A model generated the notes under the pieces. The model did not search any database, was not told the origin of the DNA, and worked only from the letters and a program-made list of their open reading frames with translations. Positions 34,301 to 46,300 of a stretch of 64,000 nt of DNA are shown here, one piece after another. This stretch comes from an uncultured Planctomycetia bacterium. Its GTDB lineage: Bacteria; Omnitrophota; Gorgyraeia; 2-02-FULL-51-18; JAGOUK01. How positions within the stretch are numbered: position 1 is the first letter of the stretch; the number at the start of each line of letters is the position of its first letter. The DNA lies in contig CAYSFB010000005.1 in assembly GCA_964430735.1 (NCBI GenBank), forward strand, positions 110,390-174,389. Direction: 5' to 3'. Both the position numbers and the translations under genes were made by a program.

Positions 34301-37300
34301 GCGGCATCTCTCGCACGGACCCGACTTCTTTTTGAGGGCCCTCCGATCGGCATGGATCCGGAGGAAGCCGCCGTCCGTGCCGGCCGGATCGACCGGATGT
34401 TGTTCGAAGCCGCCAAGAACCGGCGCAGTAAATTTGACAACAGCCCGCTCGGCACCGATTTGAGTCAACGCTCGACGCATTGGAACGATTACCGGGTCTC
34501 AATAGACCGCTTCTTTGGATATGTATCTGATCGCGATCAGGAGGAGAAGAGCGCATCCGGTGCGCGTCTGGCGGACGGCGGGAATAACGCTGGACGCGCG
34601 GGAGATTTAGCCAGGGCTTCCGACCCTTTGAGGGAATTGGAGAAGTTCGAAGAGATCTCCCTTCGGATTTACGATTCAGGGCTTGACGTCAATTCAAAGT
34701 CCATTCAGTCCGAGGAAGAGCTCAAGATTTGGGGCGACTTGCACAGAGCACAGTCCGAAGCGCTTCGCTGGATATTGCTTGATATTGAAAAAAATCCGAT
34801 CGGCCATGATGGAGAATTACTGCGATCAGCGATTATACGCGCCAAGGACCTCAACGGTAACATCACCCGACTTTTGGGACGTACCGCATGGCGAAAATTC
34901 TCCGTCTCCGACTCTATTCAGCTGGCGGCTGTCAAAGCATTGAATCAGACTTTTGAGCAGAATAAATTAAATATCGAAAGCCTCGCCTATTATTTGAGCG
35001 CGCAGGTGTATGACCCAAAAAGCGTTCAGCCGGAATGGATTCGTGAGCTGGAACAGTCGCTTTTGGTTTATCAGTTGAACCATCTTTTATTTTATCTGAC
35101 GGAATATATCCAGGAAGACGAGGAATCCATCCGGGGTGAGAAGCTGATGCTTCTCAGGTCCATTTTGAATTGGGTCGGCGGATCCACTGTGATGCGGCAG
35201 TATCTCAGCGCAGATATGCCGGACGGGCAAGATGAGGATATCCAGCGTCTGCAAGACCTCCTCGCTAAGGCCCGGGCCGCAGTTGACGCTTCAGGCGCGC
35301 GGCTGATGGAAACATATGCTGCGGCATTGGCGCGTTTGAATGCCGGAACTCCGGACGTCGCGACTTCCAAAAATACCGGGATGGATATGTCTTCCAAGTT
35401 CAGACATCCGCAGCTGATCGGCGAGTTGAAGCGGCTCAGAGATGAATGGGAAAAGAAGCCCGTGCTTTTTCCTCGTGAAGTGGTTGTCATCGGTCCCGGA
35501 TCGAGTTATCCGTCCGTTCAAAACGCGGATAAGCAATCCTATCAAATGGTCGAAGCGGCAGTCGGATTAGGGTTGGGCAACAGCGGCATCCGTTTTACGG
35601 TCCTCGACGAATTGGAAAGGGTGCTGGATGTTGTTGACCAAGCCCGGCATCCCGCTCTGATTTATGAGATCGAACCCTTCGACTTGAAAAAGATCACTGA
35701 CCCCGAATCGGATGCGCGTTCCGCGTATACCGTTTTTGCCTCAGAATTAGAAGAGTACCGGCAGCCGACGTCCTCCGGCGGCGAACGCTACGTCATTCCG
35801 TTCGACAGGTTTTCACCCCACCCCATCGAGAGGTTCCGCGGTCACGTCGAAAAGCTGGAGTATCCGGAAGCGTCGGCGGACCTGATCGTGGCGACGCACG
35901 TTTTTCAGTGGGCGTTCGAGTCCGACAAGACGATGGTCAATCGGTTCGATCTCATGGCCAAAGTGATCAGGTCGCTGCGTCGGGGAGGGGAGCTGATCAT
36001 CGACCAGGCCACATTCAGTTATGTGCAGGACGACGCCCGGCGGCGTCACTTCGAACGCGAAATGTCCAACCGGGACCTCTCTGTCGACGTCCGCCCGAGC
36101 GGGAACCTGGTGGTGATCCGCCGCATCGGCGCGCGCCTGGCGGCGAAGAGCAGCTTTTTGGCGAAAAGGATCCTGGGCCAGTATCGAGGCTTGGATGCCA
36201 GGATACGACGGCTTCAGAACGCCTACCCGAACGGCTATCGCGGATCGATAGACCAGGACGCGAGAGGGGAGCAGGTTCGCGAAAAATTCATCAGACTGAT
36301 CCGGGTCGGCCGCAGCGTCCGTCAGAACCTGGAGATCATGGGCTTTTCAGACATTGCCGGTGAACTTCATGCGAGGGTCAGGAGGCTTATCGAAGCGATT
36401 CAGAACAGCGAAGACGGGGTGTTACCGGCTCAAATGCAGCAGATGAAGATGATGCTTGCTTTGGAACATGGAGATCTCGATGCCTTCCAGTCCGATCTGG
36501 AGGGGTATCTGACGGGTAAGAACGTGCCGGTTTTCCGTGATTTGAACGCAGATGACCGCCGTCTTCAGATCGAATTCATGATTCGACAGGCGGGCGATCA
36601 CTTGTCGGTTTGGGGAAGCGCTTCCGAAAAAATTCTGGCGGAGCTCACGTCCCGGGCAGTTGCCGCGCATGACCATCGATCGATTCGTTCGATCTCTCGG
36701 GCGAGAAAATACTTGAAGGGCTGGATCAAGGCCGCCAGTGAAAAACCGCTGACGTATCCGGAGCGATTTAGGATACCCAAAGGGTACTCCGACTGGAGCA
36801 GGGCATACCCCGCCTATCAACCGCCTTATTATGTGGCGCTCGAAGTTCTGAGAAGCATTTATGGCGCGAGCCCGAACGGATATGCGGATCCGGAGGATTT
36901 GTCGCAGCTCCAGGGTAAATTCGCCAGCTACGAGGGGCCGGTGCGCTTCGAGACTTTGAACGGCAAGCAGTATCCCCTGAATCCCCGGGGAAGGCATGGA
37001 ATTCGCGGTCGGGGGCTTTTGGGCCGCTGGGGAGCCAATTTTGCAGCGGATCCTTTGGTCACCCGCATCAACCCAACAACGAATCGGCTGGAGTTCTTGG
37101 CGGTTCAGCGTGAGGACACGGGCCAGTGGTCGATTCCCGGAAGATTGATGGCACGTGATGAAGATATCCCAACCGCATTAAAAAATGCCATTCAGCGCAA
37201 AACGGGATTGGCGCTGAGTTTTGAGGGTGCTGAAGAAATTTATCGGGGTTACGTCGAGAACCCCAGAAATACCGATCACGCCTGGATTGAGACGGTGGCG

Positions 37301-40300
37301 ATGCATATTCATCTGACAAAGGAACAAGCGGTCGAGACCGACAAGGTTCCCATGCGGGGAGAAAGCGGAAGTCTCGTGAAGTCCGTTCAATGGCTGGAGC
37401 CGACCCCTGCCGTATTAAGCCATCTCTATGCCGATCATGCCGACCTCATTCGGTCGGTGCTAAACGGGTCTGAGCGTACAGGCGCGCGGATGGCGGAGCG
37501 GACGGCACAAGAGGTTCTCCGCAAACACCTGGATCGGCAATTGGGGGCCGATCAGATCGCGCGGGTCGAGTATGACTCGAGCGTGGCTCCGTTTCATCTG
37601 ATGCTGGCTTTTGGTCGTGATGGAAAAAACATCGGGTTGGCGGTCGTCAAAGACGGTGTTTACGCTCCGCATTCCATCGAGTTGGCGGAGGGCGGCACGC
37701 GATTTGAGGCGCATCCCCATCGCGATGGTATACAGGTGGTCACGTTTGACGGACCGACCGACGCCGATATCGTGGACGGTTGGATCCTTGGCAGGATCGG
37801 GACGAACGGCGAATGGGGCATCGAAAGCATCATCGATAATCGCCGGCCGGTTCAAGTACCGCTGGCCGTTTTGTTCTCGGACTGGCCGATTCTGCCGGCC
37901 AGCCCCGGCGGTGACGACGGCAGGGAATCTCCGGCCCGGGTTCAAGCCGCCGTCATGGATTCCTGGAGGGCCCTCGCGTCGGATGATGTGCAAAAAGCAC
38001 GCGCCATACTCGACAGACTTCCGCCGGATCGCACAGCTTACAAGATCATCGGGCCGGATGATTTGGCCCGTGTCCGCAGCGTAGTGAACGGGACCACCTA
38101 CCGTCAGGCCGGCTGGCTGCGGATGGAATTCTTCGCAACGGATGGCGTGCGCCGGCTGGGTCTCTCCGAAGCGGATCTGCGGCCATCCGCCAACATTTTG
38201 CCGATCGAGAATGTCCTTCAGCATGTGTTGACCAGGGGCGAAAAGGCGGTATTGCTGCTGTACCGCGAGCCGGGTCCCGCCGGAGCGATTCGATTCTTTT
38301 GCTTCGATTCGGGTCCCGGCATGGACATCGATCAGGTCGTAAATCACGGGTATCGCGATCCCGAAACGACGATGCTCGGCAGAGCCATCCAGTTCATGAT
38401 CATGTCCCGGTCCAAACATTGGATTCTGGGGTCCCGCAACCAGGTTTGGGATCAGGATCAAAAGACCGTTCGTCCCATGCACATGAATATGCCGGAGCGC
38501 GGCGTGTTGTTCGCGTCGCATTTTGCGCAGCCGTCGGGGGCGCGGCTTGCCGATGCGGAAGACGACCCGGAGAGCGTGCTGTCCGATTCTTCCGCCTTGC
38601 CCGCTGAGGGCGGAGCGATGATCGGCAAGAATCCGGCCGTGACTCCGGATGAGCGCCGCCGTGTGCTTGCCGAAATTCTCGGAGACGCCCCGCGGCTGGA
38701 ATCGCTTGCCTGGTCGGTGGTAAGGAACTCGGGATTTTTGCAAGACACCTCGCTGTATGCGGATGCGGTTCAGGAAGTGCTTCAACACGTCCAGCGTAAT
38801 CGACAGACCATTCTCGACCACTATCAGCCCGAGAGCAGGTCGACTCCTCCGGCTGACTGGGTCATGGGGTATATGAATCTCCGGCTTCGGGACGTACGCC
38901 GCAATCAGCTGCGGTATCAATCGCGATTCAAGCGGCAGGCGGATATGAGGTCCGACAGCCGGAACGAGGACGGGGACGGCTTGAGCGTGCTCGACAGCCC
39001 GGCCCCGACGCCGGACCCGAGCGACAGCATCGCCGGACGCGAGAGCGTGATTCTTTCCGGATTCTTTGTTCAGGCGCTGTCCTCTGATTTGCGTGAGATT
39101 TATGAGGCGTATTACATCGAGCATAAGACGATGGCCGAAATAGCCCGGCTGACAGGACTTCCGGAAGGTACGGTCAAAACACGTCTCAAGGCCGTCCGCG
39201 ATCGCATCAAAGGACACTTTTTGAACGGCGACCACGTGGAACGGGATAATCCGCGCGAAGAAGCGCTCATGGATTACCTGCGCCGCCTCCGCCGAGAAAA
39301 GAAGCTCGACGAAGCCGACTGGCGACTGGTCCGGCTGTTGATCTCGGGACTGCCTGACGAAGAGATCGTGCTTGCGATGAGCGGGGAGTTCGGGTTGGCC
39401 CGGGAAGGGGTCCAGGCCCTTGCGGAGCATGTGATTCGGCTCATTCGAGCGGAAGACAGACCAGTTCTCGAGGAAGACATCCGCCCGACACCCGACGAAC
39501 TCGAAGAATACAGCTTCCTCGAAACGCTGCGCAGGGTCCGCAAGAGGAACAAGCGCCTCCACGCCGAGCATATGGATTCGATGATCCGCAAAAGCACTTC
39601 TGCCGCACGGCTTGCAGAAAAATCGGAGTCCATGGACCAGCTTTATGAAAATCTGGGTCCTTACGGCCGTTATGCGGCCGGCGCTCTCACCGGATTTTTT
39701 CTTCTGCCGATGCAGACGTTCGCTCCGATGTCGGCCGACACGATCTGGGTGCATCGGAGCATCGGGGTTGCGGCCGGACTTGCGGCGGCATGGATCTGGG
39801 GCTGGCGCTACAGACGCAAGCACCGGCAGGCTGACGGGAAAGGCGCCGTCATTCCGGCCACCGCGGTCGAGAGAAGGCGTTATGGGTGGGAGGATCTCGA
39901 GCGGGAAGGGTATTCGGTCGTGATCGAGGAAATCCGGGGTGATGGGCGCCAAGAAACAACGCTGTCGGGCTACGTGACCCAAAAGTCACCGGGCCAAAAC
40001 GTCCCCCGAAGGTTGGAAGGGTCGCACTTCCTCATTTCGATAGACGGCTTTAAAAATATCTACATTCACTTTTTTTACCCGGAATTCCCCATGCCTAAGA
40101 CTGAGGCAGAAAAGGTCGGCCGCGGCGCGGCCCTGCTGCGGCATATTCTGGACCCGAAGAAGTATGCCGGTTACAGGATTTTTGCCGATGCAAGTCCCGA
40201 GTTTATGAGCTCATTTTCCCGGATGACGGACTTCCAGCCGAGTGTGAGGAGCGGGGACCGCGAAGCCTTCGATGCCTTTGTCGTCAATAAAGTCAGAGAT

Positions 40301-43300
40301 TCGGCGGCAGAGGGCGCTTCTCCGCATCGTGTTCTGGAGTTGAGTCGAACGACGCTGTACGGCGTGGTTCCTCCTCCTCAAGCCGCCCGGCTGGCAAAAC
40401 TGGACCGCCCCGCGGCAATTCATAAGGAACTTCAGGCGCTCGGCCGGGCGGCGGCGGGAAAAAGGTTCAGCTGGACGTCCAGGCGCATGGGCCGACTTCG
40501 GACCGCCGCGTCGATGCGGCTGTTGCCGGCGACGTCGAACCTGTTGGACATCGGCCGCGCGCATCTTCTCGATCAGAATGACACGCACAACCCGGACCCC
40601 ATGAACACCCTCATGACCCTGGCCATGTTCATCCTGGACCGTCCGCGGTCCGCGTCAGCAAAGAACCTGGCGGCGCTCGAGGCGCTGGTCGAACGGTACA
40701 ACCGGGACGTGCGCGAAAAGCGGATTCCGAACCGGTTCGGTTATTTGAGCGTGCCGCTTCTGTTTGTCATCAATTTATCCCCCTACTTCGAAGACACGGT
40801 CAACAACCACACGGCGTTCCGTCGGTTGAACCGAAACCTCGCGCTGCTGCCGGGCAAAATCGGAATGCAAAGTGTCGCCGCGGATCTGGCGTTCAGCGCG
40901 ATCCACGCCAACTGGAATATCGAGCCGGTGGACATGGAATCTTCCTACATGTCCTTCGTGCGCGCCGAACTCGCGCTGAAAATGGGCGACGCCTCGCCGG
41001 AACTGGCTTTGGCGCTCGCCTTGTTTTTGGCTTCGATGCAGCCCGCCTTGCACGCGGGTCAGGGCGGAGGGTCGGCCGCGCAAGAAGACGATGCCCGCAT
41101 GGTCAAAGCCGCGCGCAGATATCTCGGTGTTCCGGCAAGACGCCAGCGTTTGATAGCCTGGCTGCGAATTCAAATCCCCACACTTCAATCGCGTCCCGAG
41201 CTCGCGAGAGTTCATGAGATCGGACTGCGGCACACGATCGACGCCGTCAAATTTGTGGGCAGATACCTGTCCGCGCCGTTGGACGAGGTGATTCTCCGGC
41301 CGTCAGGTTCTGATTTTGACATCCTGATCCAAGCCCTTTTGAGCATCAAGCGGCGGGACGACAGCTTCCCTGAATCCTCCAAAAAGCGGCTCAATCTTTA
41401 CCGTACGTCGGCGGAATCGGGCTCAACTCGACTCCACTATGTCGCCAATTACCTGGCATCCGCCGCGCGGATGGCGACAAAGACAATGTCTCCCGTGGAT
41501 CAAGCGGTTGCCGCGGTCGGCTATTACCGGACGGCGGCGGTCGATGCCGCCACGGTTCCGAAGTTGAAAAAGCTCAAGTCCTTTCTGTACAAGCCGGCCC
41601 AAGAGTATCTGAAAGAGTTCATTATGCTGACGGATGATTTTGAGCGTTACGTACGCGATCAGAAGTGGTCGCAGGCTACGACGACCCTCATCGATATCTG
41701 GGAATTCGTCCGGCGTAAAGACGCCGTGATTTTTAGGGATGCGTTAGGCCGCCAATTTTCGCTGCTCGACGTTCAGAAGACACTCCTGATCTGGGCTCAG
41801 GGCATGAGAAGCGCCGGCCGAGGCGACGCGTATTTTAGGGCGGTTATGAAGATGATCAGGGAACTGTTGTTCAACGCTTCCTGGTACGGAGGCGTTCCTT
41901 CGGCGAGCATGTTTGTGGATGCCCCCAAACCCAGCGTCGAACAGCAAATAGGCGACATTTTGGATTCGGTGATCCCGACCGAGGAATATTATGCGCAGCC
42001 CGGAGCGTTCGCCCGTGAGAAAGAGCATCAGAGGCTTCTGGCCGCCGTGGTCCGCTGGATTCATCTGGCTCGCAATGTCCTGTCGTCCGTGTACCAGATC
42101 AAGGATCTCAACCCAAGTCTTCAGGGGTATCAAACCGGGGACGACATCAACGCATTTCTCGCGGAAGGCAGTTATATCAACCAGGCACTTTCGCTGCTGG
42201 AAGAATTGAAGATTTTTTTGAGAAACCCGTCACCCGAATCCGCCGGCACGGCCGATGTCGCCGATCCGTTCATCGACAGCCCCGCCTCCGTCTTGTCGGC
42301 ATTGCGCCGCGCCGGTGTCGTCCATATGGTCGCCGCCAACGGGCGCAAGCGTTCCTTGGAGCGTGAATTGTCCTCCTTGGCGGGGACAGCCGCCGTGCTC
42401 GACGCCAAGATCACGGATCGAGCCGCCGTCATCCGATCGAAAAAAGCGGTCCGTGTCTACCGCATTCAGGATGACGCGATGATCTATGCGGGCGAGATCG
42501 ACTTCGGCCGTTTGGATTGGACTCCCGCTCCGCGTATCAGAATCGGCATTTATCCCGCCGGCGCCGAAGACCGGATTGTCGTCGACATGCCCGACCTTCA
42601 TGACCCGGAACGGTCGCGTGCCGCGCTTTTTTCACTTCGGACGGAACCGTTCGATATGGACAAAGACTTGCTGGCGTTAGGAGGGCATCCGTCCATCCGG
42701 GTCGTCAAAGGATCGCTGAAGGTCGATCGGAACGAGGGGCTGATTCGGGCATCCGTTTTGAACGGGCAAAAGGCCGAACCGGCCGAGTATCGTCTCGTCA
42801 ATGGTGACGCGGTGGATCGGTCTCCCGGCAACCTCGTAGGATCGGGAAGCGTCGAGGATATCAAGAACTTGATGCATACGCAGATCGTCGCCTTTGATCA
42901 AAACGAGGTCATCGTGGACGTCCTGGGCCGATCCATCGCCGGGGATGCGAGAGGATTCGAAGATCGAGGCGAATTGTACACCTGGTTCATACGGATCATG
43001 AGGTCGCAGCATCTGATTGACCGGGATGATGAAATGCCGCCGGTTCTGACCCACGAAGTCATGCATGACGACGGGATCTACGAGATCTACTCCCTCCATG
43101 CCGACGACAAGCTGGTTCTTACGATCCGGGAAGCCGGATCCGATCCCGACCGGGGCCGGGCGGAGGAGTCCGGCGCGCGGATGGCGGTTCAGGAATGGGA
43201 ATCTGATTTTAGAAGGATTCTGGATCTGGCCGGACCGGAAAAGCAGTCGACGGCGTCGGAAACGTTGGTTAAAGAAATGATCGGGGTATACGCGAAATCC

Positions 43301-46300
43301 GACAGACTTCGGCGCATGATCGAGGATCTGACGATGAATTACGACGGCGATGTCGAATATGCGGGTACCAAATATCCCTGGACCCCCGGCAGGAAACTGG
43401 CGGCCGAGGACGTCTTGATGGCATTTGCGCTGATTTTGATGGAAAAGGCCTCTGTGACCGGCGCAGCTGACCGTTTCCGCGCTGAGGACTTGAAATTCAT
43501 CGGGCAGATGATCGAACTTTACAACCAGCGCCAGGCGCCCAGCGTTTTGATGGATGTGCCGTCGCTGTTCAATCTGGCGCTGGCTCCGCCTTTCCGGGAC
43601 GGCGATGCGTTCGTCCTGTATTCGCGCCAGCTCCAACATCTGCCTTCTCGGGAGCAGGCGATCCGGGCCGTTGCTCTGGACAGTCTGTTCAAAGCCATCC
43701 ACCTGTCCGGCGTGATCCTCTGCAACGGATCCGACGGCGGGCTCGATTTCGAAGTCATCAACGACCATTTGAAGTTCATGTTCGGTGAGCTCCGTCGCGA
43801 TGACCTTTCCCGGGATGAAAAAGTTGCGCTGCATCTGGGCGTCGGGGCTTTGTACGGAATGTGGAAACTGGTGCTGGAACAAAAAGACGGCATTCACCGG
43901 ATTTTGTACGAATTCACCCCGGATCTCCAGAAACGGGTTCAGGACCCTTTCCGCGACAACATGGATCTCGTCGACCAGGCCTATCAGGCACTGTGGCCCC
44001 CCTCCGGTCCAGACGCATCCGGTCCGGATGCGCCCGACGACTGGATCGTGAAGGATGTAGCCGGCGAAGATCCCTTTTTACTTAATCTGTATTGGGTGTT
44101 TTTCTTCGAAGTGCGCCATATTTTGTTCGACGGCGCGCCGGCATCCCAGTTGACCGTGACGGACATCTTTTTGAAACGCGATCGTCCCGAAGCAGTTCGA
44201 TACCTGACGGACAGAGTCAACGAATCGGCCGAACGCTGGAAAAAATTCCTCGAAGCCGACCGTCCTGAGCGCTTCGACAGCGTGTTCTATCTGAGGCGCC
44301 ATAGCAGGACCACGCTTAACCATGTCCGGAATCGCAAAAATCTTTTTGATTCGATCCAGGTGGATCGGAATCTCCAGGAGGCGCGCAAAGGCCTGTCCTC
44401 CGGCGCGCGGATGGCGGACGGGCGGCAGAGCTCGGTCGGGCGGATCATCGAACGGCTGCGCGAGATCAAGCAGACGATTGATGAGGGGGTCGTGGATCCG
44501 GAAGACCCGGAGCGTTTTAAGTTGCTGCGCGAAGCGGCCGGGTTCCTCAAGTACAAGACGCCGTCGGTGCGGCCGGCGGTGGTGCGGATTCTCAAGTCGG
44601 CGGGACTCGTGCGCGCCCGTGCGCCGCTTCTGGACGCGCTTCAGGACGAGGAAGCGGACACGGTTGCGGCGTCGCTCGTAGCGCTCGGCATTCTTCACAA
44701 GGGTCAGGCGAACCAGAACCAGCTGCAGCGCGAGGACATTGCGACGATCGCGTCCTTCCGGTCTCATTCGAGCGAGACGGTCCGGCACGCCGTTCTCACC
44801 GCGCTGCGGTGCATGGACAGCGCGGCGGCCAAGCTTAAGTTGATGGAGCTCCTGCGTCAGGCGTCGGAATCCGAACAGCAGGTCATTCTCAAGGAGTTGA
44901 GCCTGACGGGGGATTCCGGGCTCATCACCCCGATCCTGCAGGAACTCAAGGAACTTCGGAAGGCCGGCGAGGTCGATCCGGCGCGTGCGCCGTTCCATAT
45001 TTCGGTGCTGCTCAAACCCGAATGGATCGCGGAGCATCTGTCGGAGCGCAACGCCCAGATTCTGGCCCACCGGTTCGGTTACATCGACGCGTATGTTCTG
45101 AACCGCGTCCGGCAGGGGGATGCCGCCGTGCGCGAGACCGTCAAAAATCTGCTGTATCAGACCGGCGTCGCCACCCGTCCGATGTTGAGCCGGCTCGAAA
45201 AAGCGGCGGCGGAGCCGGGGCTGCAGGAGGAGTTGCTGAACCGCTGGAGCAGCCGGGTCAACGCAATCTCGATGGGCTTCCTGCCGCAGCTCGAAGAACA
45301 GTACCGGGCCGTTCCTGTCCGCCTGGGCCGTTCCACCGACGCCCGGATCGACCGCAGCCTGCTTTTTGCGGCGCTCAAATCGTACGACATGGACAATATC
45401 CGCTCCAGGGTCGAGACGGAACCGTTCCGCAAGCTGGATCGGGAGGCTGAGTACGCGCGATTCGCTTTTATGCCCGCCCGCACGTTCGAGCGCAATTTTA
45501 AAAAAGCGGTGGAATCCGCCGAGCAGATTTTTACCTCAAATCCGCAGCTCGGGAAGCTGCTGCTTCCTTACTGCGTCTTTGAGGCGATGGCGCTTCAATG
45601 CGAAGTCCGATCGGAACCTGGAACCGAATGGGGGCTGAAGTGGCAGGCCCGGTGGCGGTCGGCCGCCCGGGTTCTGGAAGCGGACGGGTCGAGGATTCGT
45701 CTGAAGGACGAATATGCCGGGTTTGAGCTCCCGGCCTTCGGTCCGAAGTCGCGCCTCACGGCCCGCGCCGCCGCGGACCGGTTGATGCTGGACCGTTCGC
45801 GTGAGTGGTGGAAGTTCGCGGTTCTGGACATCCGATCCATTCGCCGGGCCGACCGGCTCCTGTCGGGTTTTGCTTCCGACGCGAGATGGAAAAAGCTGTC
45901 CTATGGTTCTCAATCCGCGCTCAAGCTGCTCGCGTACGACCTGTTTGCGAATTCCGGCAAAACGGTGTCGGACATCCGCGCCGAGTGGAAATCCGCTCTG
46001 GACCGGATCCACGCGGAGGAAAACAGCCATCCGGACATCCTCCCGTCGGCCGGCTTCGAAATCCAATCGTCGAGCGTGCCGCAGGAAAAAATGTACGCCT
46101 GGAAATCGGCCCTCCAGCACTTCGGCATTCCGAGTCCCGACCGGCCGGAGTTCCGCGGAACGGTCGAATCGGCCTTCGAGCCCTCCAGATCCTCCGAGGC
46201 GCTGGTGACGGCGATCGCGGCCCTGAACCGGATGGGCATGCATTCCGTCGACGGTGAGGGGACCACGTTTCACTATTCCGTCGCGGGCGACCTGGGCGAC

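Noticed and set aside
43051-43065. HEVMH (HExxH) in the giant protein, considered as a possible zinc protease that could process the junctions
   Set aside because: A single occurrence in 11,777 aa is expected by chance (about 0.3-0.5 expected). There is no downstream third ligand at metzincin or gluzincin spacing. It is kept only as a low-priority candidate.
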